The notes: generated from the letters alone by a model not told the origin. DNA of 64,000 nucleotides from Dehalococcoidia bacterium (GCA_011174815.1 DUFF01000023.1:368-64367); one strand, 5' to 3'; numbered from the stretch's first letter, positions 16,853 to 25,875 are shown. Numbers and translations are program-made.

Positions 16853-18810
16853 ACATATTCCGCAGTGGCGATATCGATTACCTCGAAAAACTGTCGGGCG
16901 GTCCAGTTCCGGTGCTGCATCGCTCCGGAAGGACAGGTAACCGCACAGGCGCCACAGCCGTCACATATCGCTTCATTGACCCAGGCCACCTTCTTCACCG
17001 GGTCGAGCTCGATTGCCTTAAAGGCACAGATGGCAACACACTGTCCGCAGCCACGGCATACTTCCGGGTCAACGACGGCAACGGTGGGCTCATGGAGCAG
17101 CTCCCTGCGGGAGAAAAGGGAGAGGATTTTGCTCGCCGCCCCGCTCGCCGAGGCGATAGTATCAGGCAGGTCTCTGGGCCATTGCGCCGTCCCCGCCAAG
17201 TAGATGCCGGCAGTAAGGGTCTCCACCGGCCTCAACTTGATGTGCGCTTCGGTGATAAAACCATACTGGTCAACGATGATATTGAGCTTCCTCGCCAGTT
17301 CCTTGGCTCCCGGATTGGGTACCATGGCGGTGGCCAGAACCACCAGGTCGGCGGCAATCTCAATGCTCTTTCCGGTCAGAGTGTCGGAACCCCAGACCTT
17401 GAGCTTATCCCCGTCCCGGAATATCCTGGACACCCTTCCCCGCAGATAGAGGACCCTTTCCTCATCCACCATTTTCTTGACATATTCCTCATAGCCCTTG
17501 GCATCAGAGCGAATATCCATATAAAAAACGTATGCCTGGCCTTCGGGAACGGCCTGTTTGTAAAGAAGTGCGTGTTTCGCCACGTACATGCAGCAAACCC
17601 GCGAGCAGTAGGACACGCCGTGTTCCGGGTCGCGGGAACCGACACACTGTAGGAAAACAACCTGCTCCGGTATTTTCCCATCAGACGGCTTTCTGACCTC
17701 ACCTGACGTTGGACCGGAAGGTGAAAGCAGCCTCTCGAACTGTAGCCCATCTATCACGTCCGGATCTGAGGCATATTCGGCAATGCCGGTGCATGGGAAA
17801 AGCTCATAGCCCGTGGCCACGATAATGGCACCGACCTCCTCCTCAACTATTGTGTCCTCCTGTTTGAAATCTATGGCATTTTGGGGGCAAGCTTCCTGGC
17901 AGGCCTGGCACTTATCGCCACCAAAATGCCGGCAGGTCTCCCGGTCTATCACCGGTCGCTGCGGCAGGGCCTCGAGAAAGGGGATGTAGATGGCACCGCG
18001 TTGCGCAAGCTCCCGGTCGAATTCGGAAGCAGTCTTCACGGGACAGCTTTCCAGACAGAGCCCGCAGTAATTGCACTTCGATTCATCTACAGACGTCGCC
18101 TTACGCCGGATGCTCACCTGAAAATTGCCGACGTATCCGGATACGTCTTCCAATTCTGAGTAGGCGTAAAGACTGATATTGGGATGCGAAGCTATCTTTG
18201 ACATCATGGGTGAAACCAGTCCCGGTATAACATCGCCAGTCAGGAATGTCTCCGATAGCTGTGCGGTATGCCCGCCAATGCTGGGGCTTTGCTCCACCAG
18301 CACCACTTCGTAGCCGCTATCGGCGATGTCCAGAGCTGCCTGCATCCCCGCCACCCCGGCCCCGATCACGAGCACCCTCTTGGTCAGCGGCACCACTAGG
18401 GGAGTAAGAGATATATTGCGACGCAATTTTTCGATTATCGCCTTGATGATGGCGACTGCCTTTCTGGTGGCCGTTTCCTTATCGCCGGCATGGGGCCAGC
18501 TGCACTGCTCCCGTATATTGGCAATCTCACAGAAGTAGGGATTAACCCCTTCAGAAGCCGCCAGTTTGCGAAACGTCGCCTGGTGCAGAGAGGGCGAGCA
18601 ATTGCTCATGATAATGCCGTCCAGGCCTTTTTCTTTAATTGCCTTTCGCACCAGCTCCTGGCCCGGGTCGGAGCACATGTAAATATAGTGCTCGGCGTGG
18701 GCTACGCCGGGGTAATCCTTTATCTGCTCCACGACCTGCTCCACGTCCACCGTGCCGGCGATATTCAGCCCGCAGTGGCAGACAAAGACGCCGATTCGCT
18801 TCTCTTTCAT
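16849..18810 (-). CDS. hdrA: HdrA (heterodisulfide reductase subunit A-like FAD/Fe-S flavoprotein)
   Basis: 653 aa. It has the N-terminal Cys domain IGVFVCHCGLNIAG, the FAD motif VLVIGAGVAGMQAALDIADSG, FLQCVGSRDPEHGVSYCSRVCC, and a C-terminal 2x[4Fe-4S] domain (CRGCGQCVAICA and CDGCGACAVTCP). It overlaps both neighbours by 4 nt. Confidence 0.9.
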   Translation of the reverse strand: MKEKRIGVFVCHCGLNIAGTVDVEQVVEQIKDYPGVAHAEHYIYMCSDPGQELVRKAIKEKGLDGIIMSNCSPSLHQATFRKLAASEGVNPYFCEIANIREQCSWPHAGDKETATRKAVAIIKAIIEKLRRNISLTPLVVPLTKRVLVIGAGVAGMQAALDIADSGYEVVLVEQSPSIGGHTAQLSETFLTGDVIPGLVSPMMSKIASHPNISLYAYSELEDVSGYVGNFQVSIRRKATSVDESKCNYCGLCLESCPVKTASEFDRELAQRGAIYIPFLEALPQRPVIDRETCRHFGGDKCQACQEACPQNAIDFKQEDTIVEEEVGAIIVATGYELFPCTGIAEYASDPDVIDGLQFERLLSPSGPTSGEVRKPSDGKIPEQVVFLQCVGSRDPEHGVSYCSRVCCMYVAKHALLYKQAVPEGQAYVFYMDIRSDAKGYEEYVKKMVDEERVLYLRGRVSRIFRDGDKLKVWGSDTLTGKSIEIAADLVVLATAMVPNPGAKELARKLNIIVDQYGFITEAHIKLRPVETLTAGIYLAGTAQWPRDLPDTIASASGAASKILSLFSRRELLHEPTVAVVDPEVCRGCGQCVAICAFKAIELDPVKKVAWVNEAICDGCGACAVTCPSGAMQHRNWTARQFFEVIDIATAEYV

Positions 18811-21527
18811 CGTTTTTCCGCTTTTTCCAGCACCGGCTCCTGCTGTGAGAACAGCGCCAGTACTTTGCTCGCTGCCCCGCTCCCCTGGGCCACCGAATCG
18901 GGGATGTCCTTGGGGCCCTGGGCGGTACCGGCGATATAGATGCCCGGCACCGAACTCTCCAGGGGACGAAGCTTGGGATGGGCTTCGGTGATAAACCCGT
19001 GCATATCGGTATTTATGCCCAGTATCCGCATCAACTCCCTGGCCGCCGGGTCAGGTACCATGGCCATGCCCAGCACCACCAGGTCGCAGGACAGTTCTAT
19101 TCTCTTCCCGGTCAGGGTGTCCGCTCCCCAGACTTTGAGCTTATCACCATCCCGGAATATCTTGGAGACTCTACCCCGCAGATAGAGCACTCCATCTTCC
19201 TCCACAGCTCTTTGCACGAATTCCTCATAACCTTTCCCGGTCGTTCTGATGTCCATATAGAAGATATATGCCTGACCATCGGGGACAGCGTGCTTGTAGA
19301 GCATGGCCTGTTTGACCAGATACATACAGCACACCCGGGAACAGTAAGGGACACCGTGCTCCGGGTCGCGGGAGCCCACACAGGAGATGAATGCCACCTC
19401 TTTCGGTTCTTTGGCGTCGGACGGCCTCAGCACCACGCCGGCGGTAGGACCGCCGGGACAGAGAATCCGTTCAAATTGAATTCCGTCCAAGATATCCAAA
19501 TCCGGCTCAAACTCTGAGATCGCTTTAACCGGTGTTAATTCAAAGCCGGTGGCCACCACAATGGCTCCGACCTCAACTTCCTCATAGCGGTCGGCCAGCT
19601 CGTGGTTGATCGCTTTTCTCTCGCAGGCTACTTCACAGGAGAAGCACTCGCAGCAGCCGGCGCAGTTCAGGCAGCGTTTGGCTTCCTCAATGGCCGTTTT
19701 CTCGTCAAGGCCGAGTTCCACCTCGGCAAAGGAGCGCTCTCTCTGTTTCAGGTCAAGCATCGGCATGGCTGCCCTCGACCTCGGCAATACCCCTTCCTTG
19801 GAGACCTCTTCGACTTTGTTAAGCTGCCTTGGCCTTCCCTCACACAGGTCAGCGCCATTCAAATAGCGGTCAATGCTTTCCGCCGCCTCTTTGCCCGCAG
19901 CAATGGCCCGGATAACATCCGCCGGACCAGAGACCATATCTCCGCCGGCGAAGACACCGGCCATACTGGTTTCAAACGTGACCGGGTCTGCGGAAAGAGT
20001 ACCTCGCTCGGTACAGGCAAGCTCTTCGGGCAGCCCGGCTTTATCCACCACCTGACCGATGGCGATGATGACATTGTCAACGTCCAGAATAAATTCCGAG
20101 CCTTTGACCGGTATCGGTCTCCGGCGGCCGCTGGCATCGGGCTCACCCAGCTCCATACGCAGGCACTCGATGCCGGTCAGTTTGCCACCCTGGCTCAAAA
20201 CCTGCGTCGGCGCAGCTAAAATATGGAGCCTGACACCTTCTTTTTCCGCCTCGTCAACCTCTTCGGCAACCGCCGGCATTTCGTCCCGGGAACGACGGTA
20301 AACGATGGTCACCTCGTCAGCGCCCAGACGTTTGGCCACCCGGGCGGCATCCACCGCTGCATTGCCTCCACCAATGACCACCACCCGCCGGCCCAGGCTG
20401 GCTTTATCTCCGGAGTTGACCTGCTTCAGGAAATCAAGGGCATGGATTACCCCCGGCGTGTCCTCACCGGGGATGTTCATTTTCTGGCTCATTCCGGCAC
20501 CAGTGCCCAGAAATACCGCCTTGTACCCTTCGGCAAAGAGCTTGCCCGGGTCCTCCACCCGGCTATTCGTCCTGACTTCAACGCCGAGTTCCTGGACATA
20601 ATCAATCTCGTTATCAAGCACGTTCTTCGGCAATCGGTATTCCGGAATTCCATAGCGCAGCAGACCGCCGGCCACAGGCATGGCCTCAAATACGGTTACC
20701 GGATATCCCTTCCGGATCAGGTCATAGGCACAGGCCAGACCCGCCGGCCCGGAGCCAACCACCGCCACCTTCTCCTGTCTTGTCTTTTCGACGGGAGTTA
20801 CCTTCTCTCTGCCCGCCTTCAGCTCGTAATCGGCAATGAATCGTTTGAGAGTTCGGATGGCCATGGGCTCATCGACAGTCCCCCGTTCACACTCCGTTTC
20901 ACAGCGATGAGTACAGACCCGCCCGATTACCCCGGCGAAGGGCATGGTCCGGCGCACCACCTCCAGAGCTTCCGGGAACTTACCCTGAGAAATAAGGGCA
21001 ATATACCCCTGAGCATTCACGCCAGCCGGACAGGCAACCCGGCACGGGGAGTACCCCCTCTTTTCCACAGTAAAGACAGCGGGGACCGCCTGACCGAATG
21101 GTTTATAGATTGCCTTTTGTGCGGTGACACCGCGCTCGTACTCGCTATATACTTCCACCGGGCATACGGCGGCACATTCTCCGCAGCCGGTGCACTTGTC
21201 CCACTCCACATAAGGGGTCTTTCTTCTGATTCGAACGTTAAAATTGCCAACTTTCCCGGAGACGCTTTCTACCTCGGAATAGGTTAAAAGCCTGATGTTG
21301 GGGTGCTGTCCCACCTCCACCATTTTGGGGGTCATGATACATTGCGGACAATCCAAGGTCGGAAAAACCTCTGAATACTGGAGCATATGACCGCCAATGC
21401 TGGGCGTTCTTTCCACCAGAATAACTTCATATCCCGCATCGGCGATGTCCAGGGACGCCTGAATGCCCGCCACCCCACCACCGATTATCAATGCCTTTCT
21501 GGCAATGGAACCATCTATACTTCCCAT
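18807..21527 (-). CDS. hdrA: HdrA-like flavoprotein with an inserted GltD/NfnB-like NAD(P)H:FAD oxidoreductase module (HdrL-type architecture)
   Basis: 906 aa. HdrA N-terminal part: ALIIGGGVAGIQASLDIADAG. Inserted module: VAVVGSGPAGLACAYDLIRKGYPVTVFEAMPVAGGLLRYGIPEYRLPK, RVVVIGGGNAAVDAARVAKRLG and VFAGGDMVSGPADVIRAIAAGK, which is the glutamate synthase small-subunit pattern. HdrA C-terminal part: FISCVGSRDPEHGVPYCSRVCC. Confidence 0.85.
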   Translation of the reverse strand: MGSIDGSIARKALIIGGGVAGIQASLDIADAGYEVILVERTPSIGGHMLQYSEVFPTLDCPQCIMTPKMVEVGQHPNIRLLTYSEVESVSGKVGNFNVRIRRKTPYVEWDKCTGCGECAAVCPVEVYSEYERGVTAQKAIYKPFGQAVPAVFTVEKRGYSPCRVACPAGVNAQGYIALISQGKFPEALEVVRRTMPFAGVIGRVCTHRCETECERGTVDEPMAIRTLKRFIADYELKAGREKVTPVEKTRQEKVAVVGSGPAGLACAYDLIRKGYPVTVFEAMPVAGGLLRYGIPEYRLPKNVLDNEIDYVQELGVEVRTNSRVEDPGKLFAEGYKAVFLGTGAGMSQKMNIPGEDTPGVIHALDFLKQVNSGDKASLGRRVVVIGGGNAAVDAARVAKRLGADEVTIVYRRSRDEMPAVAEEVDEAEKEGVRLHILAAPTQVLSQGGKLTGIECLRMELGEPDASGRRRPIPVKGSEFILDVDNVIIAIGQVVDKAGLPEELACTERGTLSADPVTFETSMAGVFAGGDMVSGPADVIRAIAAGKEAAESIDRYLNGADLCEGRPRQLNKVEEVSKEGVLPRSRAAMPMLDLKQRERSFAEVELGLDEKTAIEEAKRCLNCAGCCECFSCEVACERKAINHELADRYEEVEVGAIVVATGFELTPVKAISEFEPDLDILDGIQFERILCPGGPTAGVVLRPSDAKEPKEVAFISCVGSRDPEHGVPYCSRVCCMYLVKQAMLYKHAVPDGQAYIFYMDIRTTGKGYEEFVQRAVEEDGVLYLRGRVSKIFRDGDKLKVWGADTLTGKRIELSCDLVVLGMAMVPDPAARELMRILGINTDMHGFITEAHPKLRPLESSVPGIYIAGTAQGPKDIPDSVAQGSGAASKVLALFSQQEPVLEKAEKR

Positions 21528-21545
21528 TGTTTTTCCGTATAGTAA

Positions 21546-22424
21546 TTAAGAGACCACTTTCCTGCTCTTAAGTAGAGAAAAAGGATCCCCATAGCTCAGT
21601 TCAAAATGGCAGACTTCTGGGTCAATTCCCAGGGCAATAGCCAGAAGCTGAGTGAAATAGAAGACCGGCATGCCCTGAAAATCGCTGTACCTTTTTACCA
21701 GTTCCGGCTGTCTTTGGCTGAGGTTGAAGTGACAGAGGGGGCAGGTGAGGACAATAGCTTCCGCGCCACACCTAATTGCCGAGCTCAATATCTCCCAGGC
21801 ACGCTGGTTAATGAAATCGGGATTGCCCACAATCTGAAATGAGCCGCAACATTCGGTGGCGTAGGGGAAATCAACTGCTTCCGCACCCAGGCTTTTCATC
21901 ATCTGATGCAGAATGGTTGGCCTTTCCACCTCGTCGATGGCCACGTCCTGGGGTCGCAGCAGTGTGCAGCCATAATATGGCGCCACTTTCAGGCCCTGCA
22001 GCGGGACTTTAACTTTTTCGGTTATAGCCTCCCAGCCGACCTCGTCCCGCAGCACCTCGAGAAGATGCAAGACCTCTACTTCCCCATTGTAATCAACCTC
22101 TTCCTCCATGAAGTCGTTAAGGGTCTTCCTCTTTTCGCCGTCATTGCGCACCAGCAAATTCGCCCGTTTCAGCGTATGATAGCAGAAAGAGCACAGGGTA
22201 ACCACTCTATCGCTGCCCTGTTCTTTGACGCGAATGAGATTGCGCACTGGAGCCAGATGATGTGCCAGGTCATCCTCAGCGAGCGAATAGACGGTGCCGC
22301 AGCAATTCCAGCGTTCGATTTCGACCAGCCTGATGCCCAGGGCATTCATGGAGGCAATGGCCGAATCCTCCAAACCTTTCGCCGCTGTCTTCAATGTACA
22401 GCCCGGATAGTAGCTCAGATCCAT
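21546..22424 (-). CDS. hdrB: HdrB-like protein with two CCG domains (second copy)
   Basis: The track ORF 21546..22748 overlaps hdrC. The ATG at 22424 (MDLSYYPGCTLK), preceded by GAGGGG, gives a standard ~292-aa HdrB. CCG repeats: YPGC...WNCCGTVYS...CSFCY and YYGC...TECCGSFQ...CPLCH. Confidence 0.85.
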   Translation of the reverse strand: MDLSYYPGCTLKTAAKGLEDSAIASMNALGIRLVEIERWNCCGTVYSLAEDDLAHHLAPVRNLIRVKEQGSDRVVTLCSFCYHTLKRANLLVRNDGEKRKTLNDFMEEEVDYNGEVEVLHLLEVLRDEVGWEAITEKVKVPLQGLKVAPYYGCTLLRPQDVAIDEVERPTILHQMMKSLGAEAVDFPYATECCGSFQIVGNPDFINQRAWEILSSAIRCGAEAIVLTCPLCHFNLSQRQPELVKRYSDFQGMPVFYFTQLLAIALGIDPEVCHFELSYGDPFSLLKSRKVVS

Positions 22425-22432
22425 AATACCCC

Positions 22433-22840
22433 TCAGGCAGTGTGCTTGCGGAAGCTGCTCACCAGTGCTATCTGTGGAAGTTCGCTGATGGTATCTTTCG
22501 GGATTTTTGCCGCGCCCACATAGTCGATATTCTTCCTCAGGGTGATGAGTCTTATGGCCTCCATCACCCTGCCCAAGTCGACCCCACGCGGACAGCGCAC
22601 GGTGCAGGTAAGGCAAGAGGCACAGAGCCAGACCGTTTTTGACGCGGCGATATCCTCTTCCAGCCCCAGCTGTGCCAGTCGAATAATCTGATTGGGCAGC
22701 AGATCCATGGCAAAGCACATAGGGCAGCCAGCCGAGCATTTGCCACACTGATTGCAGGCTAGAAGGTCCTGTCCGGAGATTTCGGTTACTTTCTTAACGA
22801 AGTCACTCTGCAGCGTCCTTGAAGATATCTGAATCCTCAT
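22433..22840 (-). CDS. hdrC: HdrC-like 2x[4Fe-4S] protein (second copy); first gene of the minus-strand redox cluster
   Basis: It contains CNQCGKCSAGCP and CASCLTCTVRCP, is 135 aa, and lies immediately upstream of hdrB. Confidence 0.85.
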   Translation of the reverse strand: MRIQISSRTLQSDFVKKVTEISGQDLLACNQCGKCSAGCPMCFAMDLLPNQIIRLAQLGLEEDIAASKTVWLCASCLTCTVRCPRGVDLGRVMEAIRLITLRKNIDYVGAAKIPKDTISELPQIALVSSFRKHTA

Positions 22841-23095
22841 CCTAAAGCCTTATTCAAATTCTGGCCGGAGCCAGAAATCCACTTTGCTGAGTTTAAGGTG
22901 TATTTTGAAATAATTCAACAGCAGTTTGAGGAGACGTGCGATGTAAACGGTTAATCCACCTTCCGGTGAATCTCTGTTCCAGCATACATCCCAATTTTAG
23001 CAAATGAAATGAGGAAAAGCAAAATCGGATAGATAGGCCGAGTGAAAAAGACACAATCCTTACCTTTTCCTATGTCCATAAGTGCCCACCTAAAC

Positions 23096-23124
23096 TTGTG
23101 TGTATATTTTCAATTATATATAAT
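23096..23124 (+). promoter_or_regulatory. candidate promoter for korDABG-sucCD (TTGTGT-17 nt-TATAAT) only 14 nt from the korD ATG
   Basis: TTGTGT is at 23096-23101 and TATAAT at 23119-23124. I see no Shine-Dalgarno between the -10 and the ATG at 23139, so the transcript would be leaderless or nearly so. Confidence 0.35.
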
Positions 23125-23138
23125 AGTTTGGCAGTCAG

Positions 23139-23366
23139 ATGAACAGGGTTGAGATATATCGAGGGTGGTGCAAGCAATGTGGCATCTGCATCGCCTTCTG
23201 TCCCCATCAGGTCCTTGAAGCCGATGATTCAGGATATCCCGTGGTAAGAAATCCCGAGAAATGCACCGGCTGCCTGCTCTGCGAGATGAGATGTCCCGAT
23301 TTTGCCATAGTGGTGAATAAAGATGAAGAAAGCCGTGAGGAAACAGGTTCTCCTGCAGGGAAATGA
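23139..23366 (+). CDS. korD: 2-oxoglutarate:ferredoxin oxidoreductase delta subunit (2x[4Fe-4S] ferredoxin-like)
   Basis: 75 aa with CKQCGICIAFCP and CTGCLLCEMRCP. It is the first gene of a four-gene OFOR operon. Confidence 0.85.
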   Translation: MNRVEIYRGWCKQCGICIAFCPHQVLEADDSGYPVVRNPEKCTGCLLCEMRCPDFAIVVNKDEESREETGSPAGK

Positions 23367-24468
23367 AGCGTGCGTTGAAGGCGCACTGATGGCCGGCTGT
23401 CGTTTCTATGCCGGTTATCCCATCACGCCGGCAACGGAGATTATGGAGATTATGGCCCGGAAAATGCCCGGGGCCAGCGGCGTATTCATCCAGATGGAAG
23501 ATGAAATCGCCAGCCTGGGGGCAGTGATCGGCGCTTCGCTTGCCGGCAGCAAAAGCATGACGGCCACGAGCGGGCCCGGTTTCTCACTGATGCAGGAGCA
23601 TATCGGCTATGCCAGCATGGCAGAGGTGCCCTGCGTCATCGTCGATGTGATGCGCGCCGGGCCGAGCACCGGCCTGCCCACGCAGCCCTCCCAGAGCGAC
23701 GTTATGCAATCCCGCTGGGGTACCCACGGCGACCATCCTATCATTGTGCTCGCCCCTTCCTCCGTCTACGAGTTTTTCGAGCTCACCGTGCAGGCTTTTA
23801 ACCTCTCGGAACGATACCGCACTCCGGTCATCCTGCTCGTTGATGAACTGGTGGCACACATGAGGGAAGGGGTCATCCTGCCGACCAGGGATAGTCTGGA
23901 AATTGAAGACAGGCCCCACCCCACCGTGCCCCCGGAATGGTATATACCCTACGCTGACCCGGGCACCGGCGTGCCAGCGATGCCGGCGTTTGGCGAGGGT
24001 TACCGCTATCACGTGACCGGACTTTACCACGATGTACGGGGATATCCCACCGTCCGCACCGATGAGGTGGAACCGCTCATCCACCGGCTTTTTAACAAGA
24101 TATCGAAGGACTATGACCGCCTGCAGTGGTTCGACGCTTTTGCAACAGAAGATGCCAAGATAACGATAATCGCCTACGGCTGCGTGGCGCGTGCCGCGCT
24201 CCGGGCAGTACAGCAGGCACGGGAAAAAGGACTTAAAGTGGGGCTGATTAATCTCAAGATACTCTGGCCTTTCATGCGCCGCACCATAAGCGGGATACTG
24301 GAAAATTCAGCAAAGGTCCTAGTGCCGGAGCTGAACATCGGGCAGATTTCCCGGGAGGTAAAAAGGATAAATCAAAGCCGCTGTGAAGTGCTAACTCTGA
24401 ATAAGGTCGACGGCACGCCTATCAAACCCGCGGAAATCCTGCGGACGCTGGAGGAGGTCTACTCATGA
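23323..24468 (+). CDS. korA: 2-oxoacid:ferredoxin oxidoreductase alpha subunit
   Basis: LLQGNEACVEGALMAGCRFYAGYPITPATEIME is the canonical KorA N-terminus. The gene overlaps korD by 44 nt. Confidence 0.9.
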   Translation: MKKAVRKQVLLQGNEACVEGALMAGCRFYAGYPITPATEIMEIMARKMPGASGVFIQMEDEIASLGAVIGASLAGSKSMTATSGPGFSLMQEHIGYASMAEVPCVIVDVMRAGPSTGLPTQPSQSDVMQSRWGTHGDHPIIVLAPSSVYEFFELTVQAFNLSERYRTPVILLVDELVAHMREGVILPTRDSLEIEDRPHPTVPPEWYIPYADPGTGVPAMPAFGEGYRYHVTGLYHDVRGYPTVRTDEVEPLIHRLFNKISKDYDRLQWFDAFATEDAKITIIAYGCVARAALRAVQQAREKGLKVGLINLKILWPFMRRTISGILENSAKVLVPELNIGQISREVKRINQSRCEVLTLNKVDGTPIKPAEILRTLEEVYS

Positions 24469-25292
24469 GGGAAGCTGAGCACCTTGTCCACAAATATCTC
24501 CGCTCGAGCAAACGGTTTCCACATATCTGGTGTTCCGGCTGCGGCATCGGCATTTTCATGCAGGCTCTGGTCAGGGTCATTGACCAGAGCGAATATAGTA
24601 AAGACGATATCGTACTTATATCCGGAATCGGCTGTTCCGGTCGGCTCCCGGTCTATGTTGACTTCAACACATTGCATACCACGCACGGGAGAGCCCTCAC
24701 CTTTGCCACCGGGATAAAACTGGCCAATCCTCGCCTCAAGGTTATCACGGTGATGGGAGACGGCGATGCCGTTGCCATCGGGGGGAACCACTTCATACAC
24801 GCCGCCAGACGCAATGTTGAGATAGCAAGCTTCATCCTGAACAACAACGTCTACGGGATGACCGGAGGGCAGAGCTCGCCGACCACACCCCACGGAGCCA
24901 TAACCGCCTCAGCACCATATGGCAATATTGAGCCCGATTTTGATATCTGCCGGCTAGCCGAGGCCGCCGGGGCAGTATTGGTCGCCCGCTCCACCGTATA
25001 CCACACGCGACTTCTCGAGCGGCTCATCGGCATGGCGCTGAAAAAGAAGGGATTTTCCGTGCTTGAAGTGGTATCCCAGTGCACAACCTATACCGGTCGA
25101 TTCCTGCAGCTTAACTCGCCGGTGGAAATGTTGAAATGGCAGAAGGATAACGCGATTACGGTAGAGAAGGCGAAACAGTTGAGTGACACGGAGCTGGAAG
25201 GTAAAATAGTCATCGGCGTTCTGGTGAATAGAGAAAGGCCAAACTATCATGAACAATACCAAAGTCTCCTCGGTAAAAAGTCCAAGGTATGA
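24465..25292 (+). CDS. korB: 2-oxoacid:ferredoxin oxidoreductase beta subunit (ThDP-binding)
   Basis: WCSGCGIGI, SGIGCSGR and the GDGD...IGGNH ThDP/Mg motif are present. The start overlaps korA by 4 nt. Confidence 0.9.
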   Translation: MREAEHLVHKYLRSSKRFPHIWCSGCGIGIFMQALVRVIDQSEYSKDDIVLISGIGCSGRLPVYVDFNTLHTTHGRALTFATGIKLANPRLKVITVMGDGDAVAIGGNHFIHAARRNVEIASFILNNNVYGMTGGQSSPTTPHGAITASAPYGNIEPDFDICRLAEAAGAVLVARSTVYHTRLLERLIGMALKKKGFSVLEVVSQCTTYTGRFLQLNSPVEMLKWQKDNAITVEKAKQLSDTELEGKIVIGVLVNRERPNYHEQYQSLLGKKSKV

Positions 25293-25851
25293 AATCAGGA
25301 TAGCCGGCGCCGGAGGCCAGGGTATCATCTTGGCGGGTATAATGCTGGCCGAGGCCGGAATCGTCCAGGACCTGTACGTGGCACAGAGCCAGAGCTACGG
25401 CCCGGAAACAAGGGGCGGTAACTCAATCTCCGAGGTCGTTCTGAGCAATACCGAGATTGATTTTCCCCAGTCTACAGAACTGGATATGCTGATTGCCCTC
25501 ACCCAGGTAGCCTGCGACCGTAACCTGCCGGATATGAAAGAAGATGGCCTGGTAATAGTTGATTCGGAAGCGGTACAGCGAGTTCTCTGGGATAAATCGC
25601 TCTCCATTCCCTTCGGGGAAATAGCCCGGAAGGTCGGGGAGGAACGTGCCATCAACGTGGCGGCTTTAGGCTCTCTGGTGCCCTTCTGCCCGCTCATCGA
25701 CCGCCAAGCTTTGGTCAAGGCCATTGCCAACCGCCTGCCTTCGGCAAAACTGGAGGCCAATTTACAGGCGTTCGATAAGGCACTGAACTTTGCCCGCAGA
25801 TTGAAGGGCCGTTTGAAATCTGCCGGCACAACCGAGGAGTTTGAAATTTAA
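25249..25851 (+). CDS. korG: 2-oxoacid:ferredoxin oxidoreductase gamma subunit
   Basis: EIRIAGAGGQGIILAGIMLAEAG and SYGPETRGG are the conserved gamma-subunit motifs. Confidence 0.9.
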   Translation: MNNTKVSSVKSPRYEIRIAGAGGQGIILAGIMLAEAGIVQDLYVAQSQSYGPETRGGNSISEVVLSNTEIDFPQSTELDMLIALTQVACDRNLPDMKEDGLVIVDSEAVQRVLWDKSLSIPFGEIARKVGEERAINVAALGSLVPFCPLIDRQALVKAIANRLPSAKLEANLQAFDKALNFARRLKGRLKSAGTTEEFEI

Positions 25852-25875
25852 GGCTCGCTCTGTTAAGGTTGAAGA

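Noticed and set aside
13373-21527. I considered possible selenocysteine (in-frame TGA) recoding in the HdrA/MvhD genes, as occurs in some anaerobes.
   Set aside because: All four ORFs are uninterrupted and full length with Cys at the expected motif positions. I saw no in-frame TGA and no split gene.
22425-22748. The track ORF 21546..22748 carries a 108-codon N-terminal extension of the second hdrB, which overlaps hdrC.
   Set aside because: The extension has no HdrB similarity and overlaps the hdrC coding frame. The ATG at 22424 has a GAGGGG RBS and gives the canonical MDLSYYPGC.. HdrB start.
23323-25292. korD/korA and korB/korG each overlap by exactly 44 nt. I considered programmed frameshifting or a repeated junction element.
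   Set aside because: Both downstream genes have in-frame ATG starts that give canonical N-termini (LLQGNEA.., EIRIAGAGGQG..). The junction sequences are not similar to each other. The equal length looks coincidental.
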